From positions 59,458,001-59,522,000 of the forward strand of contig NC_042998.1 in NCBI RefSeq assembly GCF_006345805.1: 64,000 nt of DNA, read 5' to 3'. This DNA comes from Octopus sinensis. Lineage: Eukaryota. Made by a program: the position numbers and the translations under genes. Below the pieces are notes generated by a model. It did not search any database. It was given only the letters and a program-made list of their open reading frames with translations, and was not told where the DNA came from. Below are positions 1-11,625 of the stretch, one piece after another (within the stretch, counting starts at the first letter, position 1; each line of letters opens with the position of its first letter).

Positions 1-366
1 CACCAGCGTGGGTTAAAATCAGTAAACACTATGCTTTTTTCGGTAAAATCCGAGGCATTATATAGAGAGAGATGAATTATAATTTCAACAATTGAGGGTA
101 AAATTAATTAATTAATCAATTTCACCAAGTGTTCAGTATGCAAAGGGACCAATTAAGGCGAATTCAAATTATTACATTATATAAAAGGGCTTAGTAAAAT
201 AAATTACTTTGCCGCATACTGAACTCATTAGAAATAGCAGCTAAAAAAAACTTTTTTAAAACTATTTCTAATACTTAAAGAAAACCTCTCTCATATAGTG
301 TTTGCTCAATTCAACTCACGAAAGTATGGGGATAGAGACATTAAAAAATCAAATGCAAAGGTTATT

Positions 367-419
367 TGAGAACGTACGTTTCAAGATTAGTCAAACTGGA
401 CACTTCTATCATCAGCTCA
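367..419 (-). ncRNA. Type-I hammerhead ribozyme motif (antisense arm copy)
   Basis: Minus strand reads tgag-CTGATGA-stem II-GAAA-cgtacg-T-T-ctca. Confidence 0.7.
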
Positions 420-561
420 GAACTCCCTGGTTTGGATTTGAAAACACTGAAAACACTGAGTTTGCTGGCACTGTTAGTTTCGAGCAGATCTTCAGAAGCG
501 ATAAGAAGCCGAAAGGGTATGCTCCCACTTTCAGTGTTTTCAAATCCAAACCAGGGAGTTC

Positions 562-614
562 TGAGCTGATGATAGAAGTGTCGAGTCTGACTAATCTTGA
601 AACGTACGTTCTCA
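562..614 (+). ncRNA. Type-I hammerhead ribozyme motif
   Basis: Stem I tgag(562-565)/ctca(611-614); CTGATGA 566-572; imperfect stem II (aga/tct, gtc/gac); GAAA 599-602; palindromic stem III acgtacgt; predicted cleavage after 610. Confidence 0.75.
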
Positions 615-1120
615 AATAACCTTTGCATTTGATTTTTTAATGTCTCTACCCCCATACTTTCGTGAGTTGAATTGAGCAAACACTATATGAGAGAGGTTTT
701 CTTTAAGTATTAGAAATAGTTTGAAAAAAGTTTTTTTTAGCTGCTATTTCTAATGAGTTCAGTATGCGGCAAAGTAATTTATTTTACTAAGCCCTTTTAT
801 ATAATGTAATAATATGAATTCGCCTTAATTGGTCCCTTTGCATACTGAACACTTGGTGAAATTGATTAATTAATTAATTTTATTCTCAATTGTTGAAATT
901 ATAATTCATCTCTCTATATATAATGCCTCGGATTTTACCGAAAAAAGCATAGTGTTTACTGATTTTAACCCACGCTGGTGGAAAGGGGAGAGCAGGAATT
1001 CTTCGCTTGCATTTTTGAGTTTGCTGGCACTGTTAGTTTCGAGCAGATCTTCAGAAGCGATAAGAAGCCGAAAGGGTATGCTCCCACTTTCAGTGTTTTC
1101 AAATCCAAACCAGGGAGTTC

Positions 1121-1173
1121 TGAGCTGATGATAGAAGTGTCGAGTTTGACTAATCTTGAAACGTACGTTCTCA
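1121..1173 (+). ncRNA. Type-I hammerhead ribozyme motif (tandem copy)
   Basis: CTGATGA 1125-1131, GAAA 1158-1161, cgtacg, TT, ctca; predicted cleavage after 1169. Confidence 0.75.
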
Positions 1174-1413
1174 AATAACCTTTGCATTTGATTTTTTAAT
1201 GTCTCTACCCCCATACTTTCGTGAGTTGAATTGAGCAAACACTATATGAGAGAGGTTTTCTTTAAGTATTAGAAATAGTTTTAAAAAAGTTTTTTTAGCT
1301 GCTATTTCTAATGAGTTCAGTATGCGGCAAAGTAATTTATTTTACTAAGCCCTTTTATATAATATATATATATACATATAATCAAAATAAGCAAAAAGAA
1401 TGACTCCGGTAAT

Positions 1414-1500
1414 TTGGTACGATCGTTTCGAACTAGATAATTTTATCAAATAATGTAATTATTACAACAGTTTTTAAAATGCTGAGTACTCCTCAGCCAA
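1414..1500 (-). ncRNA. Hammerhead motif, CUGAGGA core, mismatch in stem II
   Basis: Minus: ttgg-CTGAGGA-gtac...gttc-GAAA-cgatcg-T-A-ccaa. Confidence 0.65.
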
Positions 1501-1645
1501 TTATAGAGGTTTTCCATTAATACAAAAATTTTCATATCAAGTGGCAATATTATAGAGAAATCCACATCTTTGCCTATGTATCTACCTTCTCTATAATATT
1601 GCCACTTGATCTGAAAATTTTTGTATTAATGGAAAACCTCTATAA

Positions 1646-1732
1646 TTGGCTGATGAGTACTCAGCATTTTAAAAACTGTTGTAATACCTAAAACATTTAA
1701 TAAAATGATGTAGTACGAAACGATCGTACCAA
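1646..1732 (+). ncRNA. Type-I hammerhead ribozyme motif with long stem II
   Basis: ttgg/ccaa stem I; CTGATGA 1650-1656; gtact/agtac plus catttt/aaaatg stem II; GAAA 1717-1720; palindromic acgatcgt stem III; cleavage predicted after A1728. Confidence 0.85.
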
Positions 1733-1868
1733 ATTACCGGAGTCATTCTTGTTGCTTATTTTGATTATAATCACCCCACGGTTTTTTATGGATAACACCA
1801 TACAGAATTCTGGGGCATCTAAATAAAGTACCATATTCGTTTGAATCTAAACTTTTGCTGAACTTATA

Positions 1869-1892
1869 CACACACACACACACACACACGCT

Positions 1893-1925
<33 letters not shown>

Positions 1926-1930
1926 CACAC

Positions 1931-1985
<55 letters not shown>
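1869..1985. repeat. (CA)n-(TA)n microsatellite
   Basis: Direct reading. Confidence 0.95.
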
Positions 1986-3521
1986 ACTCTGTCTTCGTAC
2001 GCATTCTTGCTCATAGAAAATATGCAAATCTGCTACTGAGAAACAGATTTACCTATAAAATAATATGTGATTATAAAAGCATCATATGTTATATATTTTT
2101 TCTGTCCATTTTATATTGATTATAGTTTCTAGTTCAAAATCCGTATACTATTCTCAGTCTATAAATATATGTGATAGATGCTTCAATAGATGATCACGGA
2201 GAGGAGAATGCATGATTAATGTTTCCAAAGAATTTACATAAGTAAAGCATAAACGAATAACTTGGAAATTTGCGAAGATCATTCAGCGAGAGTAATTAGA
2301 ATTCTTTTCGGATGTTTAATGTTTTTTTTTTATTAAACCCGGGCTTCTGTGGGATAGCTTAATGTTTCTTTAAATTATTTTCCTTTAACCGAATATACTA
2401 TCAATTTCTTTTTATTAAATCCGGATTTCTGCAGACCGTGTTTTAGTGTGTCTACTTCAGATGTATTTTAGTCATGTAATCTCATACGAGAAACATAACT
2501 GAAGCACTACTATTGAAACAGCTTTCGTCGAGCTCATGGAAACATTTTTTTTTTCATTTGAATAATGCATTGTTTTTATTTTATTTCGTTATTTTATTTT
2601 ATTTTATTTTTTGTTTCAAGTAGTGATGACATTTACTAATATATTCCACGTTTGCTATATTTTCTGTTAATATTCTAAGAATATTTATGAATCATATGTA
2701 ATAGCCTGCCATATGTCATATTCATAAAGGTGAGATTAAAATGGAAGTTGAATTTAAAAATAGACAATCAAGTTTGAAATATAAATGATCTCTTTGCTTT
2801 CATATTAAAATTAGGAATAATCTATGTTTGAAATCCATGATATTTCGTATTAAGTATGGGAATTAAATCTGGAAGAAAACTGTTTATACTAACTAGTAAA
2901 TGATAGGAAGAACATTGCAGCCACAATATCAAATATATCCTTGTCTCATTCAACTCAATTAGTTTTTGTAAGTGTAGCAAAGCTGGTTGTTTCATCTAAA
3001 GAGACAACTATGAGTTCTCTCAAGTATTACTATCTGTTATTCATCTCCAACATGTTGCAAATTTTGGTATAAGCACAAGAATTTTGAGGGAAGAGAGCTA
3101 GCCGATGCAATCAATGACAATACTTCACTGGTACTTCATTTAATCAACTCCGCAAAAATGAAGTATAATGCCGACCACAGTATGATTTGAACCCTGCGAG
3201 GTATTTGTTTGACACTCAAATGATTAGTTCAACCCACCGCCGTTTTAATTTGCAACGTACTAAAAGAGTAACTGCATCTTCAGTGTGACTATGAGTCATG
3301 GTGGCATTGATTATGTAGTTAAACTATGGAACTACACCTGATGCACCAAGTGTTTGTAGTATAGACGACTAAGGTGATTTTTAAGCATCTCAAACGTGTT
3401 GCATATTCACATATCTTCAGAGAAGTTATCATGAGAGCCAAAACAGTACTTGATTTCAGCAAGAATTATATTTTATTATCGATATATTTAACTACTACTG
3501 CTATTGCAGCTGCTCTGCTTC

Positions 3522-3523
3522 TG

Positions 3524-3563
<40 letters not shown>

Positions 3564-3567
3564 CACC

Positions 3568-3608
<41 letters not shown>

Positions 3609-3680
3609 CACGACGACGACGATGACGACGATCGGGGCGGCGGCGGCTGCGGCGGCGGCAGCGGCGGTGATGGCGACGCC
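3522..3680. repeat. Compound trinucleotide repeat (CTA)n-(CCA)n-(CTA)n-(CGA)n-(GGC)n
   Basis: Direct reading; produces the poly-L/P/Y/H/D ORFs in the track. Confidence 0.93.
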
Positions 3681-4339
3681 GACGCTTTGATCTTAGCCAA
3701 AATGTCATCTCTAGGTAACGCGGCACTGTTTGATCGGATAACTGCTATTTTAGGCGATCGTTGTTAGAAACGGCTAACACTTAAAAAAAAAAGAAGAAAT
3801 ATAAGGATTATAAGCGCTCGTACAGTTACAAATAAAAGCAAAATATCAAGACTCGTCTGGAAATATTTTTAGACGAGAAAGGATTGGTAGTAGTAACAGA
3901 TATCTTGACAAATAAACCAGAATCACTTTAGGATAAATTAGGACAGTGTTATATCCTTATGGATAAACTAATACACTGCAACAGTGTAATAATAATATAA
4001 TCGAAACAAACAGCAGTAACCACATAGAATGTAACAACAATATTTAAAGAACCAACAATCCAACACACTAAATCGAACTCTAAACTTAGAACTCCAACTT
4101 TGAACTATCAACTCACGAATTGTGGAACTAGGGCGAACTTTTTCTTTATTTGCCAGATAGGACATAATGAAGAGGGGGTAGTACAAGGATAGACACAACA
4201 TAGAGAGTTTGTGTTTTCCTTTCAAAAATTTTGGTTAAAAATTCATTTCGATTTTAAAAATTTCGATTTAAAATTAATAAAATTATAAATAAATATTTAC
4301 ACATATTACAGCTTATAGGCCCGCCACCGTTGACTGACG

Positions 4340-5250
4340 TTTCCTTATACTTCGGTTGAATGGCTGAGCTTAGCCGACTCCATTCATCCTCAACTTTCTC
4401 TCCACATTCTGCTCTCTTTTGTGAAACGTGCTATGTGACAGGTATCTCTTTTCTAGCCTGATCTTACATTTAAGGTGAAAATTAAAGTAATTAACCACAC
4501 CTTGGCTGGAAATACAGGCACCTGTCGCAATACCTTTCGCGTGTGTCTTCCATACTGTTTCTTTCATTATGGCTACAATGCAGAAAAAAGCTGTCACTCT
4601 TCTCCTTGTTTAGGAAAGAGGGCGGAACAATCTTGATAATTGATTCACCTTATAGCTGTACTCATGTTGTCATTGACAACAATTGTTAGATATAGGCTAT
4701 TAGTCCCTTTAACTCCGCACTCTACGAAGGCGTGCACGACGGTTTTACTGTCCCGCCCGTACCTCGGGCATATCGGTGGGATGGCACTACCGTGCCTCGA
4801 TAGCCTCTCTCGAACAAGTAAGGCCGATCGGTAACAACCAGGCCAGGGATTTCAAGTACCCGAGCTCGAAACTCCTTCCGAACAGGTTGACCAACTGTTT
4901 TCTATCGAAGCTCCGGATCTCCACCAGCACATCGTCTAGCATATATTCCACTAACCCGCCATAAAAGTCCGCGGTGGCACTCCAGTTGCCGGCGTTGCCT
5001 CTCAACACTCCATTTGCCCAGCCTAGGTCTTCGCCTGATCCAAGAACCTAAATCCCGAAAAGTATCAACTGTGGAAGGAAGAACTTCTCGAGTGCTGACC
5101 ACACCTACTCACCATCCAGGTGATGCCAGAGATACCTAAACCTCAGCGGAAATTTGCGCATCCTCAACAACGGCATGCCTTTAACGATTTTTGACAGCAG
5201 ATAGAGCGCCTTACAAGTGGCATCCCCTTCCACAAAAAATGAGAGAGAAA
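4340..5250 (-). mobile_element. L1/Tx1-clade LINE 3' fragment (C-terminal zf-RVT/CCHC region), degenerate
   Basis: Frameshifted minus translation gives KSLAW...RERLSRHGSAIPPICPRYGRDSKTVVHAFVEC (C-x2-C...H-x4-C, second Cys mutated), followed by VVNYFNFHLKCKIRLEKRYLS. GC-richer than the flanks. Confidence 0.7.
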
Positions 5251-6191
5251 TCTCTCCAACTTCCTTGTAAAATTCCAACACTCTATTCTGGTGTTGAATA
5301 ATGAACTATCACAAAAAAATTTGAAAGCAGTTCAACGATTCCTTGGAAACCAGTGTCACTCAACATTTGGGGCAGAAAAAAGTTACAGTAACGCTCATGT
5401 TCGGTATGAGATACTTTGCTTAGTAAAATCCTTACTTTCTCTCCCTCCTATCATGACTTGCACTCGTTGTAAAAAATGTCCTCGTATCATCTATAATACG
5501 CGGAAAATGCAATACCCTCCTGGTTATATTATCAGTTCAGTTAAGTTCAATCGAGTTTGTTTTGTTCTGGAAAGAAGAGAATATTAATTAAAAATTCCAA
5601 ATGTAAAGCTGTAGTAGATACAATAATCATTTATTTATTAATACGAACAAAGCTTTAGAGGTATTGGCTACGATAAGAGTATATTTAGCGTGGATGTGTT
5701 TGAAAATATATAACAAACCTCATAATATTATAAGAATGGATTGCGAGAAAAAGTAAACTTTAATCATTGTATTTAATGAGTCTCAAGAGAGAAAACCTGT
5801 CTCCTGAAGCGAAGCTGTGTTATTTTTGCGAGCATTTCATATTTATAAATACGTAATGATGCGTAAATGTGTTTGAAGTGCATATGCAAACTTTAAATAT
5901 GCAAACAAATAATGAGTGTAAAGGCGATTAAGAGAAGTCTGGTTCAAAATACTATTTAATTGGTAGATTTCTAATTCAGAGTATAAAGATTATCTTTTCT
6001 TTAGATAAAGAGAAAAAGAAGTACGATGTGAAAGATTGCGGTTAAAAAGTTCACTTCACAAACCCATCGTTCTAGTTTCCGTTTTAGCACATCGTGTAAA
6101 CCAATATTTTATGAGAAAGGTTAGGTACTACTGAAGACCAAGGTATAAATACACACACACACACATACAAATATACGTAGATTCATATATA

Positions 6192-6409
6192 CGAGGTGTT
6201 CCTGAAAAGTTCCTGTCTTTGGGTAAAAGAAAATATAGGGGGTTCAGTGTATTATGACTTTATTCAACATATTCCCCTCTCAGATTCACACACTTATTGC
6301 AGCGGTCCTTCTGTTTTTTTCTAAGCACTGTAAATTAACTCGAAGTTTGGGCCTCCAACCAGAGCTTTCGTGACGCCCTTAAAGCCAGGAACTTTTCAGT
6401 AACCTTTTG
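6192..6409. mobile_element. Mariner-derived MITE
   Basis: ~29-bp imperfect TIRs (cgaggtgttcctgaaaagttcctgtcttt / aaagccaggaacttttcagtaaccttttg) flanked by TA on both sides. Confidence 0.8.
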
Positions 6410-7338
6410 TACTGTACAATATGTATGTTCAATATGTGGCTGAACTTTCATCGTAACTATTATAATTGTATTGTAAATATTTACACGCACATGGATATGA
6501 TTAGTCATCAAGATTCTATTTGATTGTGAAAAACATTTAACGTTGCATCACGCATTCATGAGCTCGATGATCATGAGTAGAACACATGATATATTCATAA
6601 ATTTACATGCAAAGCAAATGGTATTCTCATCTCTTTGGTAAGATATACATAATACACATGCAAGTACGACTAGCAGCTATTTTAACGAGCTTTAATCATA
6701 ATAAATAAATGGTCATATTATCTGTTCAGTTAAGTTCAATCGAGTTTCTTTTGTTTTGGAAAGAAGAGAATATAAAAGCTTTCACTTTTATATTAATAAC
6801 TATGGAAGACCGGTGCGAATATTATCTGCATGGACATCACTGGTTAAGTTACTGCTTAGTTAGATAATTTAGGGGTTAGCTATAGATTTACTGATTGAAT
6901 TTATTCACAGATACTGTTTTTGTACATACGGTAAATGTACTTGATTGTTGTACTTTAATCTATAATGTTAGCGTTTAATCCTACCTAGAATTAAGATTGA
7001 ATGAATGTGGTGATATATAAGGCATGTTTTTTTCCCAATCAACACTTATTTTAGTGCTGTTGACACCGCCGGATGGAATGGTACTGCCCACGTGTCGAAA
7101 CTATAGTGATGATGGAGATATGCTGGATTGTGGATAATGCTGTTATTGTATGTGCGAAATAGTTTTGTAAGGCATCCATTTGATATAATACTAATATTCA
7201 TTACTCTATTATGTGAGATGTTAAACAAGTTTAACCTGTTGTAGTTAGAAATCTTCAATAAATAACGATGCTAGTATCCAAGAAAATATACCAATTATCA
7301 AAAAATAACATTAAAACTTTAACATAATGTTTATACAG

Positions 7339-7418
<80 letters not shown>
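7339..7418. repeat. (TA)n microsatellite
   Basis: Direct reading. Confidence 0.95.
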
Positions 7419-7421
<3 letters not shown>

Positions 7422-7629
7422 GTAGATGAGAACGAGCCAGAACTTTGCATACAAATATCATATGATCTGCTTATGAAGACTAAATAAATGTGTAATGCAC
7501 ATTTTCCAAATGTTTTTCGGCAAATAGTCATCACATTTCTAGGTTTTATGAATACTTATTTTCCATGGTAACGATGTAAAAGTATCCGCTATTATTGTTG
7601 TTATTGTTTACCTTTGTGACTTTTAAAAA

Positions 7630-7668
7630 TATTATTATTATTATTATTATTATAATTATTATAACAAA

Positions 7669-7716
<48 letters not shown>

Positions 7717-7802
7717 TATTATTATTATTATTGTTATTATTATTATTATTATTATTATTGTTAATATTATTATTTTCATTATCATCAATAATAATAATGA
7801 TG

Positions 7803-7872
<70 letters not shown>

Positions 7873-7915
7873 TAATAATAATAATAGTAAGAAGAAGAAC
7901 AACAACAATAACAAC
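7630..7915. repeat. (TAA/TTA)n compound microsatellite with internal strand switches
   Basis: Alternating (att)n and (aat)n blocks, ending in (aag)/(aac) units. Confidence 0.95.
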
Positions 7916-8399
7916 GAAAGGAACAGGAACACCAGTAAGAAAACAATAATCCATTGTACTATAGCAGAATGGATTACACCATTCCAGTGCTCAACTTGCA
8001 CTTATTTCAGCGGCAACACGAAAGTAGGTAAGGCAAAGTCGACCTCGGAGGGATTGGCACGAATAGCCGAAAGAATCCTGCGAACGTATTTTTCTGTGTT
8101 TTAAGGATTCTACCACCTCGCTACCGTCACCCTAAAAGTAATCTCGAGAACCTCTATCTACAAAGTAAGGTAGGGTGCAGATGCTTGATAAACGCAGATT
8201 ATATCATTAGTACAATTATGTTTTACGTAGTGAACCAAAAACAATATTCGCAGCTAGAAATATCCAAATTTTATTCAGACAATAAGGGAATTGAAGAACA
8301 AAAGAAAAAGTGACAGGATAAATAGATGGAGAGATAATGAAATACAGGGTGAACTCGTGCAAGAAATACTGATTTTAGATGACAGATGAGAACTAAGCT

Positions 8400-8795
8400 A
8401 GAAAGCTAATTAAACCTTTGGAACGAATTTTGATAAATGTAGAAATTGATGAACTTAGTCCGAGTGCAAACGCAGACACTGTGGAAATCGAGGCAAAAGT
8501 ATTAAGCATCTCAGAAGTTGACTGCAGTAAGCTAGTAAAATGGTGTAGAAGCACTGGTATGGGGTGTGTCGATAAAAGGATGCATTGTAAATTTAGCCGA
8601 ATGTCTGGATTCATTGTCAGAAACGTGGTAGAGAGTATGAAGTTGAATAATAAATAATTACAGGATTTTAGGGAATTTCTCCATATGAGCTGGCCGTGTT
8701 ATTTCAAGGAGACCAGATATGATTATGCAGGAAGAAAATAGCTAGCAATGTTGGACATTACAATAATACCATATGATAATAGAATGACGACAAAA
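8400..8795 (+). pseudogene. Possible very degenerate RLE-type (R4-like) LINE C-terminal remnant
   Basis: ORF 8418-8657 followed by RPDMIMQ...LAMLDITIIPYDNRMTTKE, which resembles the RPD...D(V/I)xIPxD..KE restriction-like endonuclease motif seen in the clearer copies at 19360 and 42430. Confidence 0.35.
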
Positions 8796-9739
8796 GAAGC
8801 CGTCAAGCACATGGGTCAGTGTACTCAACCTGCGCCATTCCCTAAAAAGAAACTGAGAAACTCGAGAAATATTGGAATCTAACAAGCAAGAAGATAGAAT
8901 GATAGATAGAAACGTAGATATATAGATAGAGAGAGAGAGAGAGAGTGTGTGTGTGTGTGTGTGTATGAGTGAGAGTGAGAGAGAGAGTTAATCAAAGCAT
9001 TAATTTTTTTATCTTTATATATACAAATCCTTACCAAATCACATACACATACTCACCCACGTTCATACACACACACACACGTGCGCGCGAGCATTTAGTC
9101 TGGGCTGAGAACTGATATATTTGAACAGAAATATGCAGCGGTATTTAATTCAAACGAAAATGCCTTTATTTTCACTGTTTACTTAGCACTTCAGTCGTAC
9201 AATAACGATGAAGTAAGTATCAGACAAAGCATAAGAGTCGATGTAATCAACAAACAGTAATTGAAGCCAGTAAAAGAATATCATCATAGAATAATTGAAA
9301 TATATCTGTGTAACTATAGTAGCAACTGGGCATGTCTTTCGTCCCATAAAAGGCCGTAATAGGTTGTCATTAGTAATTATTTTGTGTCAAACAATTTTTC
9401 AACATGTTAAGTGATATCCACATTTCTGGAAATCGTAGTTATTTGTTTAACAATTAGTAGAACTGCAACACTTAATGAAATATCTTTTAGCCCCAGGCTA
9501 AGTTATGGTCAATGTATGCATCGTATTTTAAGATAACATATCCATGATACCATTATCCAACGTATTCTCCTTTTCAATATAAAATGTTATTCCGCAGAGT
9601 TTGAAAGTGCCTTTCATCCTTTTGGATCTGACAAAATGTGTACCGATTTAGCAATGTGGCAGATGTGTTCGACTTACAACATGCCCCGAAATTACTGGAC
9701 TTGTGCAAAATCTGAAACCGATATGCTAAGAAACTGTAA

Positions 9740-9935
9740 GGCGGCGAGCTGGTAGAATCGTTTGCTCGTCGGGAAAAATGCTTAGCGGCATTTCGTCCAT
9801 CTTTATGATCTGAGTTCAAATTCTGCTGAGGTCGGCTTTGCCTTTTATCCTTCCGGGCCGATAAAATAAGAAGCAGTCAAGCACATGGGTGAGTGTACTC
9901 AACCAACGCCATTCCCTAAAATTGCTGGCCTTGTT
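9740..9935 (+). mobile_element. tRNA-derived SINE, family A (ggcggcgagctgg head)
   Basis: A-box-like gagctggtagaatcg and B-box-like gagttcaaattc. Related copies or fragments near 3060-3205(-), 7985-8150(-), 12590-12790(+), 12925-13040(+), 46410-46505(+), 49040-49235(-); the tail is also repeated at 8793-8845. Confidence 0.8.
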
Positions 9936-10859
9936 TCAGGTCAATCTTCATTGAGATAACCTGTGTTATAAAAGCATTTCAACAACAACCATCTTGTCTT
10001 TTAACCGGCATCGTTTATCTACTACTACATTATCACGATATAGTCACAACCTATATTTTGTTTTAAGACATCGTGTTGTGAATGGAGGGAATCTGGTAGC
10101 TAATTTTAGCACCACTAGCAGCTACAGAGTGTCACCCGTGTCGTGTCGTAGATATCTGTGTGTGTATGCTGTGTGGAAGTGCATGTACGATAATTATCAC
10201 TGAAGGTTATCAAACTTTAATAGAGGAATAGAATTCATGCACGTGTTTATTTTTAGACGTTAATTGAATACTCATCATTTATTTTCTTCATACATCGTAG
10301 GAGTGAATTTTTAAAACTACAGCATGTATAAATGAATTTCAGAGATCATGAACTCACACATACATTTAAACTATTTCTGTATGTTCTTCCTGCAAGTAGA
10401 GGATAAATTATTTAAGACTCGGCCCTACAGCGTCATGGAATCGAATCTAATTGAGACTTTCAATGCGATTACTCTGAAAGTGACAAGACAATCTTTTGAA
10501 TGTGACGCTAGTCCACCGTAGGATCAACTCGCAAGGGCCATTGATATTTGCAGCTGAGCGTACTGGAAAAACAAAAAACAAAATACCTTGTCCAAGATCA
10601 TACCATGCCCCCCGGTCCGAAAATCAACCAGAAGACTTTACTGTCATGAGCCTATTAAACCATTTATCCATGCACATTCATAGAAAAAGTAGTTTAATTT
10701 AGTAGCTGTCTTGATTGATTAGTTTAATTCCTAATGGGGCAGACAAATGCTCCTTTCTTGACCAACCATTCTATCAAGTGACATATAGAATTACATTACC
10801 TACATTATATGATGGAGATATAATTGTATTTCTCGTCATCAAGCGATTTTGCAGAGGCT

Positions 10860-11547
10860 CAAACGGTGTCTGGTTTATTTATCTCTGTATATCTATACGA
10901 CACGGTAAGCCAACGGTTGTTCAGTGTGTTTACCATCTGATCCTGGCAGAAATTTTTCTTGTCTGACAAAAACGAAAGCATGTTTGGTTGATGCGGATGA
11001 TTGAGCTTGTTTAAAAGCTTCGTAGCGCAGTCTTTCCTCCTGCACTTGATGGCTCTTTCTCATCTTGTATGAGGAATACCGAATGTATTCATGCAACAAC
11101 TGCCTGATAAGAAACTCAGACACTCCCATGTCCCTGTCGATGAAGGTGACTAACTTGGAGGAATTATTGTCAATCATAATCTGCATCTCACCAACAAATT
11201 CAAGAATTCTGTTCTTATTAGAACGATCAGAGTGAGTTTTCGGAGCTGCCGTACCTTCGTAATCATCATTACACTCATCCAACTCTTTCCGAATCCTCTA
11301 CACTATCCTCAGTTTGACACACAAACACTCTGAAATGTTCGTATTATATCTTATGGTGCAAATGCCAAGCAGTACAGTATGACTTTCCAAAATTCCTAGC
11401 ACAGTGAATTGGGTCATGATGCTGTTTTTGTCCCAGACGGTGTCCAACTGACACCACTATACTGTGTAGTCGATAAATCAAAATCATATAATCCACAAGC
11501 ACGGAAGCAGAAAAATAAAATGGCGACAATTTACCCACCGCACCCTG
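10860..11547 (-). mobile_element. Tc1/mariner (maT/DD37D-like) transposon, 5' part, degenerate
   Basis: ORF 10893-11282: MQIMIDNNSSKL..RDMGVSEFLIRQLLHEYIRYSSYKMRK, with frameshifted FFxDEKNF-like sequence. The end at 11547 reads TA|CAGGGTGCGGTGGGTAAATTGTCGCC on minus. Confidence 0.7.
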
Positions 11548-11625
11548 TAAACACACACACACACACGCACACATACATACACACATACACACACACACAT
11601 TCACATACACACATGTATATATAAA

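Larger units (their letters stand above)
1..980. repeat. Fold-back palindrome, ~452-bp arms (1-452 / 529-980), 76-bp spacer; probably a Penelope-like pseudo-LTR inversion
   Basis: 1-452 is the near-exact reverse complement of 529-980 (caccagcgtg... / ...cacgctggtg), with only a few substitutions. The left arm is cut by the window edge. Each arm carries an HHR. Confidence 0.95.
457..1363 (+). repeat. Tandem direct duplication, period 559 bp (457-805 repeated at 1016-1363)
   Basis: tgagtttgctggcactg...cccttttatataat occurs at both positions; the second copy runs into (TA)n. Confidence 0.95.
1377..1769. repeat. Fold-back palindrome, ~183-bp arms (1377-1559 / 1587-1769), 27-nt spacer
   Basis: tataatcaaaataagc...tatagagaa is the reverse complement of ttctctata...gcttattttgattata, with a diverged patch in the HHR stem II loop. 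Confidence 0.93.

Noticed and set aside
466-500. CTGAAGA...GAAA on minus in the palindrome spacer
   Set aside because: No stem I or II pairing; G at the cleavage position.
302-1238. Near-identical 105-110 aa ORFs (MLNSTHESMG...) on both strands
   Set aside because: Created by the palindrome and duplication; non-ATG starts, no recognisable domain, chimeric at the spacer.
3374-3767. Poly-L/P/H/D/G ORFs resembling transcription-factor low-complexity regions
   Set aside because: Compound trinucleotide repeat with no flanking domain or splice support.
5438-5492. Minus-strand 55-nt exon candidate with GTAAGG donor
   Set aside because: Weak acceptor, two open frames, no recognisable peptide.
7546-8104. 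Long poly-I/N/L ORFs, and all YI/CV/HT/MYVC-rich ORFs elsewhere
   Set aside because: Translations of microsatellites lacking stops; not genes.
9187-9212. Plus-strand micro-exon candidate (LQSYNNDE, GTAAGT donor)
   Set aside because: Too short to distinguish from chance in AT-rich DNA.
9740-9830. tRNA-like sequences at SINE heads (also 27650, 53066, 54222, 62285)
   Set aside because: A/B boxes only; no complete cloverleaf, and they continue into SINE bodies.
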